A DNA stretch of 62,960 nt from positions 1 to 62,960 of IMG/VR virus record IMGVR_UViG_3300036861_000645. One strand, written 5' to 3'. The notes beneath the pieces were generated by a model. That model was given only the letters and a program-made list of their open reading frames with translations, did no database searches and had not been told where the DNA came from. This document shows positions 54,324 through 62,470 of the stretch, piece by piece. The position numbers were made by a program, and so were the translations under genes. This DNA comes from a virus (lineage: Duplodnaviria > Caudoviricetes). How positions within the stretch are numbered: position 1 is the first letter of the stretch; each line of letters opens with the position of its first letter.

Positions 54324-54659
54324 CTATCGTGTTGGCCGGTAAACGTTAAGCCTGTCTTCAAGCATGGCCACAAGCTGCCTGAAGACAACGGGCTCATTCC
54401 CACTCTCTAGGCGAAGCTGGACGTGCTGATCGCCGGACGATAGGCGAAGAGACATGCCGCCGTCATCGCAAACCATCGCCGCTCTCATATGCCTTGGTAG
54501 GTCGCGAAGGCAGGCCAAAGAAACAATATGGTATCGCCCCTCAGACAAAGCGCGTAACCGTTCGATCTCATCCGCCGCGCGTTGCGTCATGGAATCTGGA
54601 CCATCAGGGCATACGAGGCTTGGGTTGGCTTGACTGCGCAGTTCTTCCACGATGTCCAT
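54324..54659 (-). CDS. Hypothetical protein
   Basis: MDIVEELR...AADEIERLR. Confidence 0.65.
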   Translation of the reverse strand: MDIVEELRSQANPSLVCPDGPDSMTQRAADEIERLRALSEGRYHIVSLACLRDLPRHMRAAMVCDDGGMSLRLSSGDQHVQLRLESGNEPVVFRQLVAMLEDRLNVYRPTR

Positions 54660-54681
54660 GCCTCGGGCCCTTCCTTAAGCG

Positions 54682-54879
54682 TCAGAACGACGCAAGCTCA
54701 GCTTGCTCTCTGGCATGGTCACGAGACGGATTTTTAGGCTTGCTCATTAGTTCGGAAGCAAGCCAGTCAAGAACTTCCTCTGGCGTCGAAAACGCTGCGC
54801 CACGCTGCTCTATGGTGACCTCACCATCCTCCTTGAGGACCAGAAATCCAGGCTCGCAACGAATGATCCTATAATCCAC
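54682..54879 (-). CDS. Hypothetical protein
   Basis: GTG start after junction motif. Confidence 0.5.
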   Translation of the reverse strand: MDYRIIRCEPGFLVLKEDGEVTIEQRGAAFSTPEEVLDWLASELMSKPKNPSRDHAREQAELASF

Positions 54880-54890
54880 GGCTCGGGCCT

Positions 54891-55157
54891 CTATGCGTGT
54901 ATTTGTTGCTTGTACCAAGGCCAAAGCTCATCGGGATCATATCCGTCTGCTTTGGCCTTCGCTACGAGCGCATCCATCCTGATCGGGAAGGGTACGCCTA
55001 ATGCTTTGGATGCGGCCTGACCAGCATCGCTATGACCACCCTGGCAGCTTGCGGCGCACATAAACAACGCCGTGCGCAGCTCGGTGTTCTCGGCAGCCAG
55101 CTTGATGTTGTCCCAGCGCTGTTGCTCAAGATCGCTTCGTTTGCGCGGGCGCGGCAT
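54891..55157 (-). CDS. Hypothetical protein
   Basis: GGGAG RBS. Confidence 0.6.
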   Translation of the reverse strand: MPRPRKRSDLEQQRWDNIKLAAENTELRTALFMCAASCQGGHSDAGQAASKALGVPFPIRMDALVAKAKADGYDPDELWPWYKQQIHA

Positions 55158-55295
55158 TTTGGTGGTCTCCCGTCCCTGGCCTAAGCGGCCAGGGCAGTGA
55201 TGGAGTCGATGCGCTCCCGCATCGCGGCTTCACTCATTTGGACCTCAATAAGGCCCACGTCATCGGCGATCGCCCAGAATTGGCCAAAGCGGCCT

Positions 55296-55532
55296 CTATG
55301 CGTCTGACTTGGAAAGTTTGCGAGCAGCGTCCTGAAGATCCATGACGAACAGCGCATCGGCGCCGGTCTTCTGGTTCTCCGTCAGGTAGTACGCCATCCT
55401 GCGAAGGCGATCCGACAACGTGGAGGCGTCGCTTGTGAATGCGACGCGACCTCCGCCCAAAGCCGCTGCCTCCTTCTCGCCGTAAAGCGCCTCGTAAGGG
55501 TTTGTCATCGGCGGATGGCTCTTGTCGGACAT
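55296..55532 (-). CDS. Hypothetical protein
   Basis: ORF in array. Confidence 0.55.
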   Translation of the reverse strand: MSDKSHPPMTNPYEALYGEKEAAALGGGRVAFTSDASTLSDRLRRMAYYLTENQKTGADALFVMDLQDAARKLSKSDA

Positions 55533-55546
55533 GTTGGGCTTCTTCT

Positions 55547-55822
55547 CTACTTCAGCAGCAGCTGCACGCTGCGCGGTGATTTGTAGCCGAAAATCTTCCC
55601 GATCTCTCGGAGCGAGTATCCGGCCTTGTGAAGCGTTTTAGCCATAGACTTTTGCGCCTCTCGGTCATCCGCCCTCAAGGTTCGTGGCGGGTTGATCTGT
55701 CCCGACCCCTGGCAAACGGGGCAACTGATTGGGTCTCGCTCCATGCGGGTCAAGGAACGCCGCGACCCGGCGACAAGCTTCCGCGATGGCACAGGCTTCA
55801 CCGACCGTGAGGTTGCTGCCAT
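55547..55822 (-). CDS. Zn-knuckle plus HTH protein (start uncertain)
   Basis: CPVCQGSG; GYSLREIGKIFGYKSPRSV. Confidence 0.65.
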   Translation of the reverse strand: MAATSRSVKPVPSRKLVAGSRRSLTRMERDPISCPVCQGSGQINPPRTLRADDREAQKSMAKTLHKAGYSLREIGKIFGYKSPRSVQLLLK

Positions 55823-55917
55823 TGTCGTGATCCCTATCGCCGTCGCGCTTCATGATGATTTGCCAAATGGCATCAAGCTCACTGACATGTGTTTTGCGCT
55901 CTGATTGCATGCTCGGC

Positions 55918-56148
55918 TCAGTCTGCGTCCCAGCGACCATCAAGAACCCTCTCCGCCTCTTTAACGTACTCATCATTCGATCCGACAGGATGCTCGGCAG
56001 CATAGCCTTTGGCCATAGGCAGGATAAGTTTGAGAGTGCGCCTCAGCATTTCGACATGGCGCCCACAATCTTCGCCTGACGTTGCTCCGCATTCTTGGCA
56101 TGGCTGGTTTCCGGTCAGGTCAAAGCCTGCGACGCATTTCGCCTTCAT
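55918..56148 (-). CDS. Small Cys-containing protein
   Basis: PCQECGA...C. Confidence 0.55.
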   Translation of the reverse strand: MKAKCVAGFDLTGNQPCQECGATSGEDCGRHVEMLRRTLKLILPMAKGYAAEHPVGSNDEYVKEAERVLDGRWDAD

Positions 56149-56426
56149 TGTGCATCTGCGAGAGGGTGAGCGATCACCTTGGCAATGCAGGAGACCGAAT
56201 ACTCGGCCTCACGACGCTGCCGCTCAATCGCGCCATTCTTGTGATCGGGGTGGAAGAAAATCTCAGGCTTCAGCCCATCCCTTTTCAGGTGGCCGAGAGC
56301 GCCCGCCTTGACGGCAGCGGCCAGCTCTTTGCGGACAGAGGCCGGGATCCGACCACGCACGACCCGAGTTGCCTGGCACAAGATCTGCTCGACGTTCGGT
56401 CCAAACTCTGCGGTGTAGCGGCTCAT
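56145..56426 (-). CDS. Hypothetical protein
   Basis: GGAG RBS; first gene of the leftward array. Confidence 0.6.
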   Translation of the reverse strand: MSRYTAEFGPNVEQILCQATRVVRGRIPASVRKELAAAVKAGALGHLKRDGLKPEIFFHPDHKNGAIERQRREAEYSVSCIAKVIAHPLADAQ

Positions 56427-56450
56427 GGCTCATCTCCATCTGATGAGGGG

Positions 56451-56502
56451 AATATAAGCTATTATTTCATGCCTTGACAAGGGGTGATGAAAGAAATATT
56501 TT
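56451..56502. promoter_or_regulatory. Back-to-back divergent sigma70-like promoters
   Basis: Plus TTGACA(56474)-N17-TATTTT; minus TTGTCA-N18-TATATT; palindrome CCTTGACAAGG flanked by TTTCAT/ATGAAA. Confidence 0.65.
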
Positions 56503-56509
56503 AAGGCCC

Positions 56510-57058
56510 ATGAAATTAGGTTTGGCGACAACAAGCCCTCGCATGACGGCGGAACAACAAATGGCACCCCTTAAGTCGTGGGGCGCGCGCACCATCTTCG
56601 TAGACGGCGAAGAGGATGACTTCGTGGCTGCGCTTCGTCCAGGCAATGAGGGCGGCGTGGTTGCGTTGCATAGGCTTGGCTCCGACTGGGATAAGGCCGC
56701 CGAACGATATCAGCAGATCGAGGCCAGAGGCGCCACCCTGATCAACATCGAAACCGACAAGCCATTCACCGTTGCCGACATGATGGCCGCTAAGAAGTGG
56801 TATCGCGGCGAGAGGCGCATGCCGAACTCGGAAGAGGCAAAGCGCCGGGCGCTGCTATCCAAGCGGGCGCGCCGCAAGCTGCTCAATGGCCACAAGGTCA
56901 AGGCACGTGAGATATGGCGCAACCTTCGGATCAAGACCAACGACGCCGCCTGTGCTAAGATCGAGAAGCTGATCGGGGTTGAGGTTTCGCTTGCAACCCT
57001 TTGGCGCGCTTTCGGCCCATCCGGCCGACCGCGCGGCAACCCTAACCGCAAGCAATGA
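56510..57058 (+). CDS. Degenerate serine resolvase/invertase-like protein with C-terminal HTH
   Basis: MKLGLATTS (cf. GYARVS), QMAPL..WGA..IFVD, LRPGN.GGVVALHRLG (cf. LRPGDTLVVWKLDRLG), VSLATLWR. Confidence 0.65.
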   Translation: MKLGLATTSPRMTAEQQMAPLKSWGARTIFVDGEEDDFVAALRPGNEGGVVALHRLGSDWDKAAERYQQIEARGATLINIETDKPFTVADMMAAKKWYRGERRMPNSEEAKRRALLSKRARRKLLNGHKVKAREIWRNLRIKTNDAACAKIEKLIGVEVSLATLWRAFGPSGRPRGNPNRKQ

Positions 57059-57068
57059 GGAGCCGGGA

Positions 57069-57374
57069 ATGACAGCCAGATGCAGTGCGTGCGGTGAGCC
57101 GATGCCCCCTGGCGAGGAGATGTTCAAATATCACGGCTATAGTGGGCCATGCCCCAAGCCGGCCATTGCTCCGAAGGCCGTCGTCGGCGCCCTTATCGAA
57201 TATGTCCTGCTCGACGATGCTCTCGGGTTCTGGCTTGAAATCTGGGTTGATCGGAAGAAACACGAGACCATCGGACCATTCGACACCGCTGGAGAACGTC
57301 AGCGCGTGCACGATGACTTGCTTAGCATGATGCGGTCGCTGGGGGCGAAGGATCTCCCGGTTCGTACGAATTGA
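57069..57374 (+). CDS. Hypothetical Cys-containing protein
   Basis: CSACGEPMP...YHGYSGPCP. Confidence 0.6.
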   Translation: MTARCSACGEPMPPGEEMFKYHGYSGPCPKPAIAPKAVVGALIEYVLLDDALGFWLEIWVDRKKHETIGPFDTAGERQRVHDDLLSMMRSLGAKDLPVRTN

Positions 57375-57386
57375 GGAGCGAAGTCG

Positions 57387-57461
57387 ATGCCCTTACCGTC
57401 TAGGATAGCAATTGCGGTCTCGGTAATCTGGCTGACGCTTTTTGCGATTTATATTCTATAG
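57387..57461 (+). CDS. 24-aa single-TM peptide
   Basis: GAGGAG RBS; MPLPSRIAIAVSVIWLTLFAIYIL. Confidence 0.45.
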   Translation: MPLPSRIAIAVSVIWLTLFAIYIL

Positions 57462-57476
57462 GAACGGAGCGAGGAA

Positions 57477-57824
57477 ATGGCCCGCGACACAGCATGGCTG
57501 ATCGAAACTGGCGATCACAAATACTGGAACGGCAAGCGGGCCGATCAGGATGGCTTCACGCATGATCCGAATGACGCAGTCCGCTTCGCCCGGTTCGAGG
57601 ACAGTGAACGCGTGATCTACTGGCTGCTGGAGCAGTTCAAGGTCTTCCTGGTCTCTCGGGAACATGCTTGGCTTGACGGCGCTGCGCAGAAGATGACCGA
57701 GGGCGCACACGAGACGTTCGATCGCCAGATGGTAGAGAAGACCACTCAGGAGATCGAGGCGAGAGGTCCGGGCTCACGCCGCCACCGGCCAATCTTAAAT
57801 CCATCGAGCAAGGCTCGATTTTGA
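57477..57824 (+). CDS. Hypothetical protein
   Basis: AWLIE...YW...DPNDAVRFAR..D...EHAW. Confidence 0.65.
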   Translation: MARDTAWLIETGDHKYWNGKRADQDGFTHDPNDAVRFARFEDSERVIYWLLEQFKVFLVSREHAWLDGAAQKMTEGAHETFDRQMVEKTTQEIEARGPGSRRHRPILNPSSKARF

Positions 57825-57837
57825 CTCAACAATAGGA

Positions 57838-58746
57838 GTGCCCGTGCGTGTCCTTGATCTCTTCAGCGGCGCTTGTGGCGGATGGAGCCTCGGACTGCAC
57901 CGAGCGGGTTTCACCACCGTTGCCGCCTGTGAGATCAACGATTGGAGACGGGAGCAATTCGGCAGAAACTTCCCGCACGCCAAGCTCTACAGCGACGTCC
58001 GCCAGCTCACCCGCGAACGACTTGACGGCGATGGCTGTGGGCCAATTGACGTTATTTGCGGAAGCCCCCCCTGCAAAGAATACAGCTCCGCCAATCACCG
58101 TGGGCAAGGTCTCGACGCCGACGATCTCTTCCTTGAAGCCGTCCGTCTCGTCGCCGAGGTTAGACCGGCTTGGGCTGCATTTGAGAACTCACCTCGCGTC
58201 CGAACTCAAGGCTATGACCGGATCGCGCTCGCGCTGGAAGCGCTCGGCTACGCCTCATGGCCGCTCGTGGTGGGTATTGCCAATGCCGGCGCGGCCCATC
58301 GGCGCGCCCGTGCATGGATCATATGCTTTGACACCGACCGAGACGGGGAACATGGCATCCCCGTCGATGGCGAAGTGGCGGGGTCATTGGGGTCAGTTTC
58401 TTCCGACGTGTATGGCCTCGGACAAGTCAGCGATGGGGGCGGACGAGGCCGGCCGGGCGCGGATGGTTGCGGCGGCAGAATTCCTGCCGACCGTCACTGC
58501 GCAGGACTACGGATCGAACAAGGGCGGCGCTGCGGGCCGGACGGGCAAGACGCGCCTATCTCTTTCGAGCCTAGCGCGATCCTTGGGCCTGTGCCCTCGC
58601 GGCCTCTTGGCGAGCATCTACGAAAATATGATGGGCTTCCCGCCGGGGTGGCTGAGCGATGTCGCTCGGCTTACGGAGACGCCGTCTCTCCCATCATCCC
58701 CGAACTCATCGGACGTGCCATAATGGCCGCCGAGCACTCAACATAG
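57838..58746 (+). CDS. C5-cytosine DNA methyltransferase, alpha polypeptide
   Basis: VLDLFSG (I), GSPPC (IV), FENS (VI), HRRAR (VIII), YGDAVSP (X); motif IX absent from this frame. Confidence 0.9.
   Translation: MPVRVLDLFSGACGGWSLGLHRAGFTTVAACEINDWRREQFGRNFPHAKLYSDVRQLTRERLDGDGCGPIDVICGSPPCKEYSSANHRGQGLDADDLFLEAVRLVAEVRPAWAAFENSPRVRTQGYDRIALALEALGYASWPLVVGIANAGAAHRRARAWIICFDTDRDGEHGIPVDGEVAGSLGSVSSDVYGLGQVSDGGGRGRPGADGCGGRIPADRHCAGLRIEQGRRCGPDGQDAPISFEPSAILGPVPSRPLGEHLRKYDGLPAGVAERCRSAYGDAVSPIIPELIGRAIMAAEHST
58031..58723 (+). CDS. Overprinted methyltransferase beta polypeptide (TRD plus motif IX), +1 frame; start uncertain
   Basis: Repeated LTPT/FLPT..A.D segments and YENMMGFPPGW. Confidence 0.7.
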   Translation: MAVGQLTLFAEAPPAKNTAPPITVGKVSTPTISSLKPSVSSPRLDRLGLHLRTHLASELKAMTGSRSRWKRSATPHGRSWWVLPMPARPIGAPVHGSYALTPTETGNMASPSMAKWRGHWGQFLPTCMASDKSAMGADEAGRARMVAAAEFLPTVTAQDYGSNKGGAAGRTGKTRLSLSSLARSLGLCPRGLLASIYENMMGFPPGWLSDVARLTETPSLPSSPNSSDVP

Positions 58747-58756
58747 GGAGACACAG

Positions 58757-58936
58757 ATGGCCGAGCCCGAAGCCACATGCGCGCATTGCGGCGATAAAGC
58801 CGAAGATACTTTGGTCCTCGTGCGCATTGGCTATGCATCAATCTGTATCGTTTGCGCCGACTTGGCCAAAGAGGCGTGCGAAGAGATTTTGGAGGGCGTC
58901 GTCGTCTCGCTCCCGGAAGAACCGAAAGCAACCTGA
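58757..58936 (+). CDS. ClpX-type C4 zinc-finger-like protein
   Basis: GGGAG RBS; CAHCG...LV.....SICIVCADLA... Confidence 0.6.
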   Translation: MAEPEATCAHCGDKAEDTLVLVRIGYASICIVCADLAKEACEEILEGVVVSLPEEPKAT

Positions 58937-58943
58937 GGAGCCG

Positions 58944-59312
58944 TCACGTCTGCCTCTTCCAAACAGGATCGCCGGAAAAAGTCCGCCAGCCTCTGAAACT
59001 GCGGCTCCTGATCGGCGGGCCTCGGCGTTGACGGCCGCCGGCAGCCAGGCGCTTGGTCTTGTCTATGGCGTGCCGATCCGAACCATAGCTTGTCGATGGC
59101 CGCCCATTGGTCTTCAGGTGCGCGTGATCCCCGCACAAACACTGAAAATTCTCGATCGAGTTGTCATGCGAAAGCGCCAGCGGATTGGCGTGGTCGAACT
59201 GCATGCCGGGCGCTGGTAGTTCGATGGTGCATCCCGGCCATGCGCAGAGGCCGTGCTGCCTGAGGAGAATCGCGGCGCGCTCCTTCTTCGTTGGGTAGCG
59301 CCGTTTGGTCAT
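58944..59312 (-). CDS. HNH endonuclease
   Basis: CAWPGC...FDHANPL...NFQCLCGDHAHLKT. Confidence 0.85.
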   Translation of the reverse strand: MTKRRYPTKKERAAILLRQHGLCAWPGCTIELPAPGMQFDHANPLALSHDNSIENFQCLCGDHAHLKTNGRPSTSYGSDRHAIDKTKRLAAGGRQRRGPPIRSRSFRGWRTFSGDPVWKRQT

Positions 59313-59818
59313 GCGGCGGCCTTCCCGTGCTTCATGAGGGCGTCCGAGCTGACGCCGATGAGGCGCGCAGCATATTCGAGGACCATAGTCTTACTGGCAG
59401 CGAAGTCTTTCGCGCCCATTGCTTTGCGGGATTGACTCTTGGCCGTCAGAACGCGCACGACACACTCCTTCACCACGACGATAGCATAATCGTTCATGGG
59501 CTTGACGAACGCCGCGAGCCGCAGGGCCTCAGCCTTGGATCTGCAAACGAAGTCCTGGTTGTCGCAGAAGCCTGTGCGGATGAGCAGCTTTTTGCGGAAA
59601 TGCTCGAAGCTCTGGTATTCTTCCAGCAGATCATCGGGAAGGTTGTTGTAGGCGATCTGGAGTACAGCAAAAAAATGCGAGTGCGATCTTTGCGATCGAT
59701 CATGCTCCTCGACGAGCCGATAGACCTTGCCTGCCTCGAAATCCTTCGCGGCGATTTTGGGCTGCAGCGGGACCATGACCTTGCCGTCCCACCGCCAAGG
59801 AAGAGGGGGCGCGCTCAT
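59309..59818 (-). CDS. NinB/DUF1367-like recombination-region protein
   Basis: RSQRSHSHFFA, EHFRKKLLIRTGF, KSQS..AM. Confidence 0.6.
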   Translation of the reverse strand: MSAPPLPWRWDGKVMVPLQPKIAAKDFEAGKVYRLVEEHDRSQRSHSHFFAVLQIAYNNLPDDLLEEYQSFEHFRKKLLIRTGFCDNQDFVCRSKAEALRLAAFVKPMNDYAIVVVKECVVRVLTAKSQSRKAMGAKDFAASKTMVLEYAARLIGVSSDALMKHGKAAA

Positions 59819-60375
59819 TAAAAATCTCCATGACTGGCAAAGGCGCCATGAAATTTTTCCCGCGCATCGCGTATTGCAGCTATTGCCTGCTCAAGAGTTT
59901 CAAATGTTCCGATATGATGGCGCTTCCTGGAAAGCGTTATTCCAGCCTTGAATTTTTGTTCTCTCACGCTCCACCAAACGCCCTTCGGAAGATCGCGCTC
60001 CACTCTTCTATGTTGCTTCATTATGTTTTGCGAATGCAGGCAGGACTGGAGATTTTCAATCCTGTTATTTGTATGATCTCCATCAATATGGTCTATCACA
60101 TTCTCTGGTGGGATATCTCCGTGAAACATCGAGTAAACGATGCGATGCTCCAGAATTTTTGCACCGCATAATGAGATCGTCCTATATCCATTTCCCATAG
60201 GAGAGCCGGCGCGCTTACTGGCACAGTTTGAGTTCCATATTTTACAGAGACGTGCCGTCTCGAAATCAGTTTCTGGCCGACTCTTCCAAAATAAAGCGCC
60301 ATCCCGATACGTAAAACGCGTCAGGAGATATTCTTGGCTCGGCAATTTGCGGCGCTTGCTGGGTGCCGCGCTCAT
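59818..60375 (-). CDS. HNH-AP2 homing endonuclease
   Basis: GALFWK, EHRIVY, IDHIDGDHTNNRIENL, HIGTFET; AT-rich. Confidence 0.9.
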   Translation of the reverse strand: MSAAPSKRRKLPSQEYLLTRFTYRDGALFWKSRPETDFETARLCKIWNSNCASKRAGSPMGNGYRTISLCGAKILEHRIVYSMFHGDIPPENVIDHIDGDHTNNRIENLQSCLHSQNIMKQHRRVERDLPKGVWWSVREQKFKAGITLSRKRHHIGTFETLEQAIAAIRDAREKFHGAFASHGDF

Positions 60376-61007
60376 GTCGCATACTTCCGCCTCAGGGCTT
60401 CCATCTTCTCATCCGTCTCGCTGAGGAACTCCCTCACCTCGCGCTCGATTTGCGCGATGCGATTGTCATCGCGCTCAACGCGCCTAACAAAAAGCCGCAT
60501 CTCGACAGGAAAATCCGGATTCCAACTGACGTAGTCCGCGTCCTCAGCATCGCAGCAAGCCATCTGCCAAATCATCTGAAGCATATATTTCTCAGGAATG
60601 GTGCCGCTCAGAAGCGTTTCGAGATGCATTGCGGGTTGTGGACACTTGATCTCTAAAACACGCGGAACGCCGATCACGAGCCCGTCCGGCGAGGCGTGGG
60701 TGCCCTTGATCGACGGATGAGGCTTGAGCCCTATTTCCTGTACGCCGCAGTCTTGGTCGAAGCAATAGGCATTGCGTGCTTCCGGCTCTCGCTCGATACC
60801 AGTCAGCATAGCAGCGTTCTGATATGTCTCCTGAGGAACGCCGGTCAGCCGCTCGATGATAAGACGGCTTTGAAGATTGGCCCGCGATGCGCCCCATCCC
60901 GTTTTCGTGCGCGCAAGAGCCTCATGCAACGAGGACGCGCCGAGCGAGCCGCAGCGCGCAGCTTTCCATTCCGAACTTCCCTGGATCAGTTCCGATGTGT
61001 CGGTCAT
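60372..61007 (-). CDS. YqaJ / lambda-exonuclease family nuclease
   Basis: QGSSEWKAARCG, ASPDGLV, LEIKCP, Q..WQM. Confidence 0.9.
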   Translation of the reverse strand: MTDTSELIQGSSEWKAARCGSLGASSLHEALARTKTGWGASRANLQSRLIIERLTGVPQETYQNAAMLTGIEREPEARNAYCFDQDCGVQEIGLKPHPSIKGTHASPDGLVIGVPRVLEIKCPQPAMHLETLLSGTIPEKYMLQMIWQMACCDAEDADYVSWNPDFPVEMRLFVRRVERDDNRIAQIEREVREFLSETDEKMEALRRKYAT

Positions 61008-61807
61008 GGTTTCTTGGCCTGTTTCTGCTTGAGCATCTTCAGCGCTTCGTCGAAGTCCGAGGCCTTGAGCTTGGAGACGCTCTCCGCCTTGAAGTGTTTC
61101 AGGAAGGCCTCTTGGTTCGCGCTCGTTACTGCGAGCAAGTCCGTCAGCGTGCCGAGCTGCTCATCGGTGATGACGGGGTCGTCGGCAGTGCCAGATGCTT
61201 TGGCATCGTCATCCTCACTGGAGGACAGCCCGAGCGAAGCCTTCAAGGTCATTCGCTGCAGATAAGTGAGGGTACTGCCCATGCTCTGCAGGTAGTTCTT
61301 GGAGCCCGATTCATCACGTGGCCCGGGCAGAGAGTTCTCAACCGAATGCCCAGCTTCGTGGAAAACGACGCAGGTCACGATAATATTGCTCCCGTCCATC
61401 TTCGTCTCAAAGCGATAGTCGAGCCCGTATTTCGAGAGGATGGGGCGGGCGGTGCGCTCGATCTCCGCAAGATCTTCGTATTTGTAATGCGTCCGTCCTT
61501 TTTGCGATGTGAAATCCACCGTGCGGTTCTTGAGAATGACGGGAATTTCGCCCTTGGCTCGGGTCAGGGCTGCGTTAAACGCGTTCCGCGCTATATTCGC
61601 CTCATGCCGCTCGCTCAGGTTCATGAGGCGTTCCAGCACCTCGATGCTGGCGCCCTGCTCGATAGCCTTGCTGAGCATCAGGAGGGGCGTGGGCGGGGCT
61701 TGCTGGAAGTCCAGGCGCACCACGCCGCCCGATGCGCCGCGCGCACCACGGACCTCGCCCGGCAAGGGGGGCAGCATCTCGGCCAATTCGTCCTTGTCTT
61801 GCATCAC
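61004..61807 (-). CDS. erf: ERF family ssDNA-annealing protein
   Basis: YKYEDL, HEAG, Q.MGSTLTYLQRMTL...EDDDA. Confidence 0.88.
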   Translation of the reverse strand: MMQDKDELAEMLPPLPGEVRGARGASGGVVRLDFQQAPPTPLLMLSKAIEQGASIEVLERLMNLSERHEANIARNAFNAALTRAKGEIPVILKNRTVDFTSQKGRTHYKYEDLAEIERTARPILSKYGLDYRFETKMDGSNIIVTCVVFHEAGHSVENSLPGPRDESGSKNYLQSMGSTLTYLQRMTLKASLGLSSSEDDDAKASGTADDPVITDEQLGTLTDLLAVTSANQEAFLKHFKAESVSKLKASDFDEALKMLKQKQAKKP

Positions 61808-61943
61808 ACGAAAACTCCCATAATAAACCCGATCACGAGGGCATAGGCCGCCATCACGATAATCAGCCTGCGGGGATGGCTGATCTTGGGCGCGGGCCGA
61901 TGGGGGAAAACGGTGTCATAGTCTGCGTCGGAGTGGTGGGTGG

Positions 61944-62195
61944 TCATGCTCCCACCCTCCGGATCGACACAAAGTATTCACCGCCATCGACAGGATTGAT
62001 CACCGTGAGGCTGGCGCCATCGGCAGAGGAGACCATGCCAGAGACTGTGACAGGCTCGCCATTGTCGAGGCTGGATGTCTCTGTAGAGGCCCTGAGACGC
62101 TTGCGGATGATCGCGGCGAGACAGGCGGCCGGCGCCTCCTCCCGGATTGAGGCCACGAGCTGGGCGTGGGCAAGGCTAGATTTGAGCGCCATCAC
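61944..62195 (-). CDS. Hypothetical protein
   Basis: Coupled ORF. Confidence 0.5.
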   Translation of the reverse strand: MMALKSSLAHAQLVASIREEAPAACLAAIIRKRLRASTETSSLDNGEPVTVSGMVSSADGASLTVINPVDGGEYFVSIRRVGA

Positions 62196-62470
62196 TTTGA
62201 GTCCTCGTTGTGCACATCGAGTTGGTGCCTGTCGCCGTAATGCGTCGCGACGTAAATGTCTTCAGGCAAGTATTTCCCGGTCTCATCCTGGATCATGCAG
62301 CCAGTCCAGAAGCCCCACTGGCTGTGCAGCCCCATGGCCGCTGCTGTTTGTCTGCACGTAGGCGGGCTCATGAGCGCGTAGATAGCGGAGCATGTGCCTA
62401 GAGCCAATATAATTACGACGATGAGGGCCCCCGCCATAACTGCTAAAACTTCAAGAAGATCGCTCATCAC
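62192..62470 (-). CDS. Membrane-anchored hypothetical protein
   Basis: N-terminal TM; C...W...TGCM. Confidence 0.55.
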   Translation of the reverse strand: MMSDLLEVLAVMAGALIVVIILALGTCSAIYALMSPPTCRQTAAAMGLHSQWGFWTGCMIQDETGKYLPEDIYVATHYGDRHQLDVHNEDSK

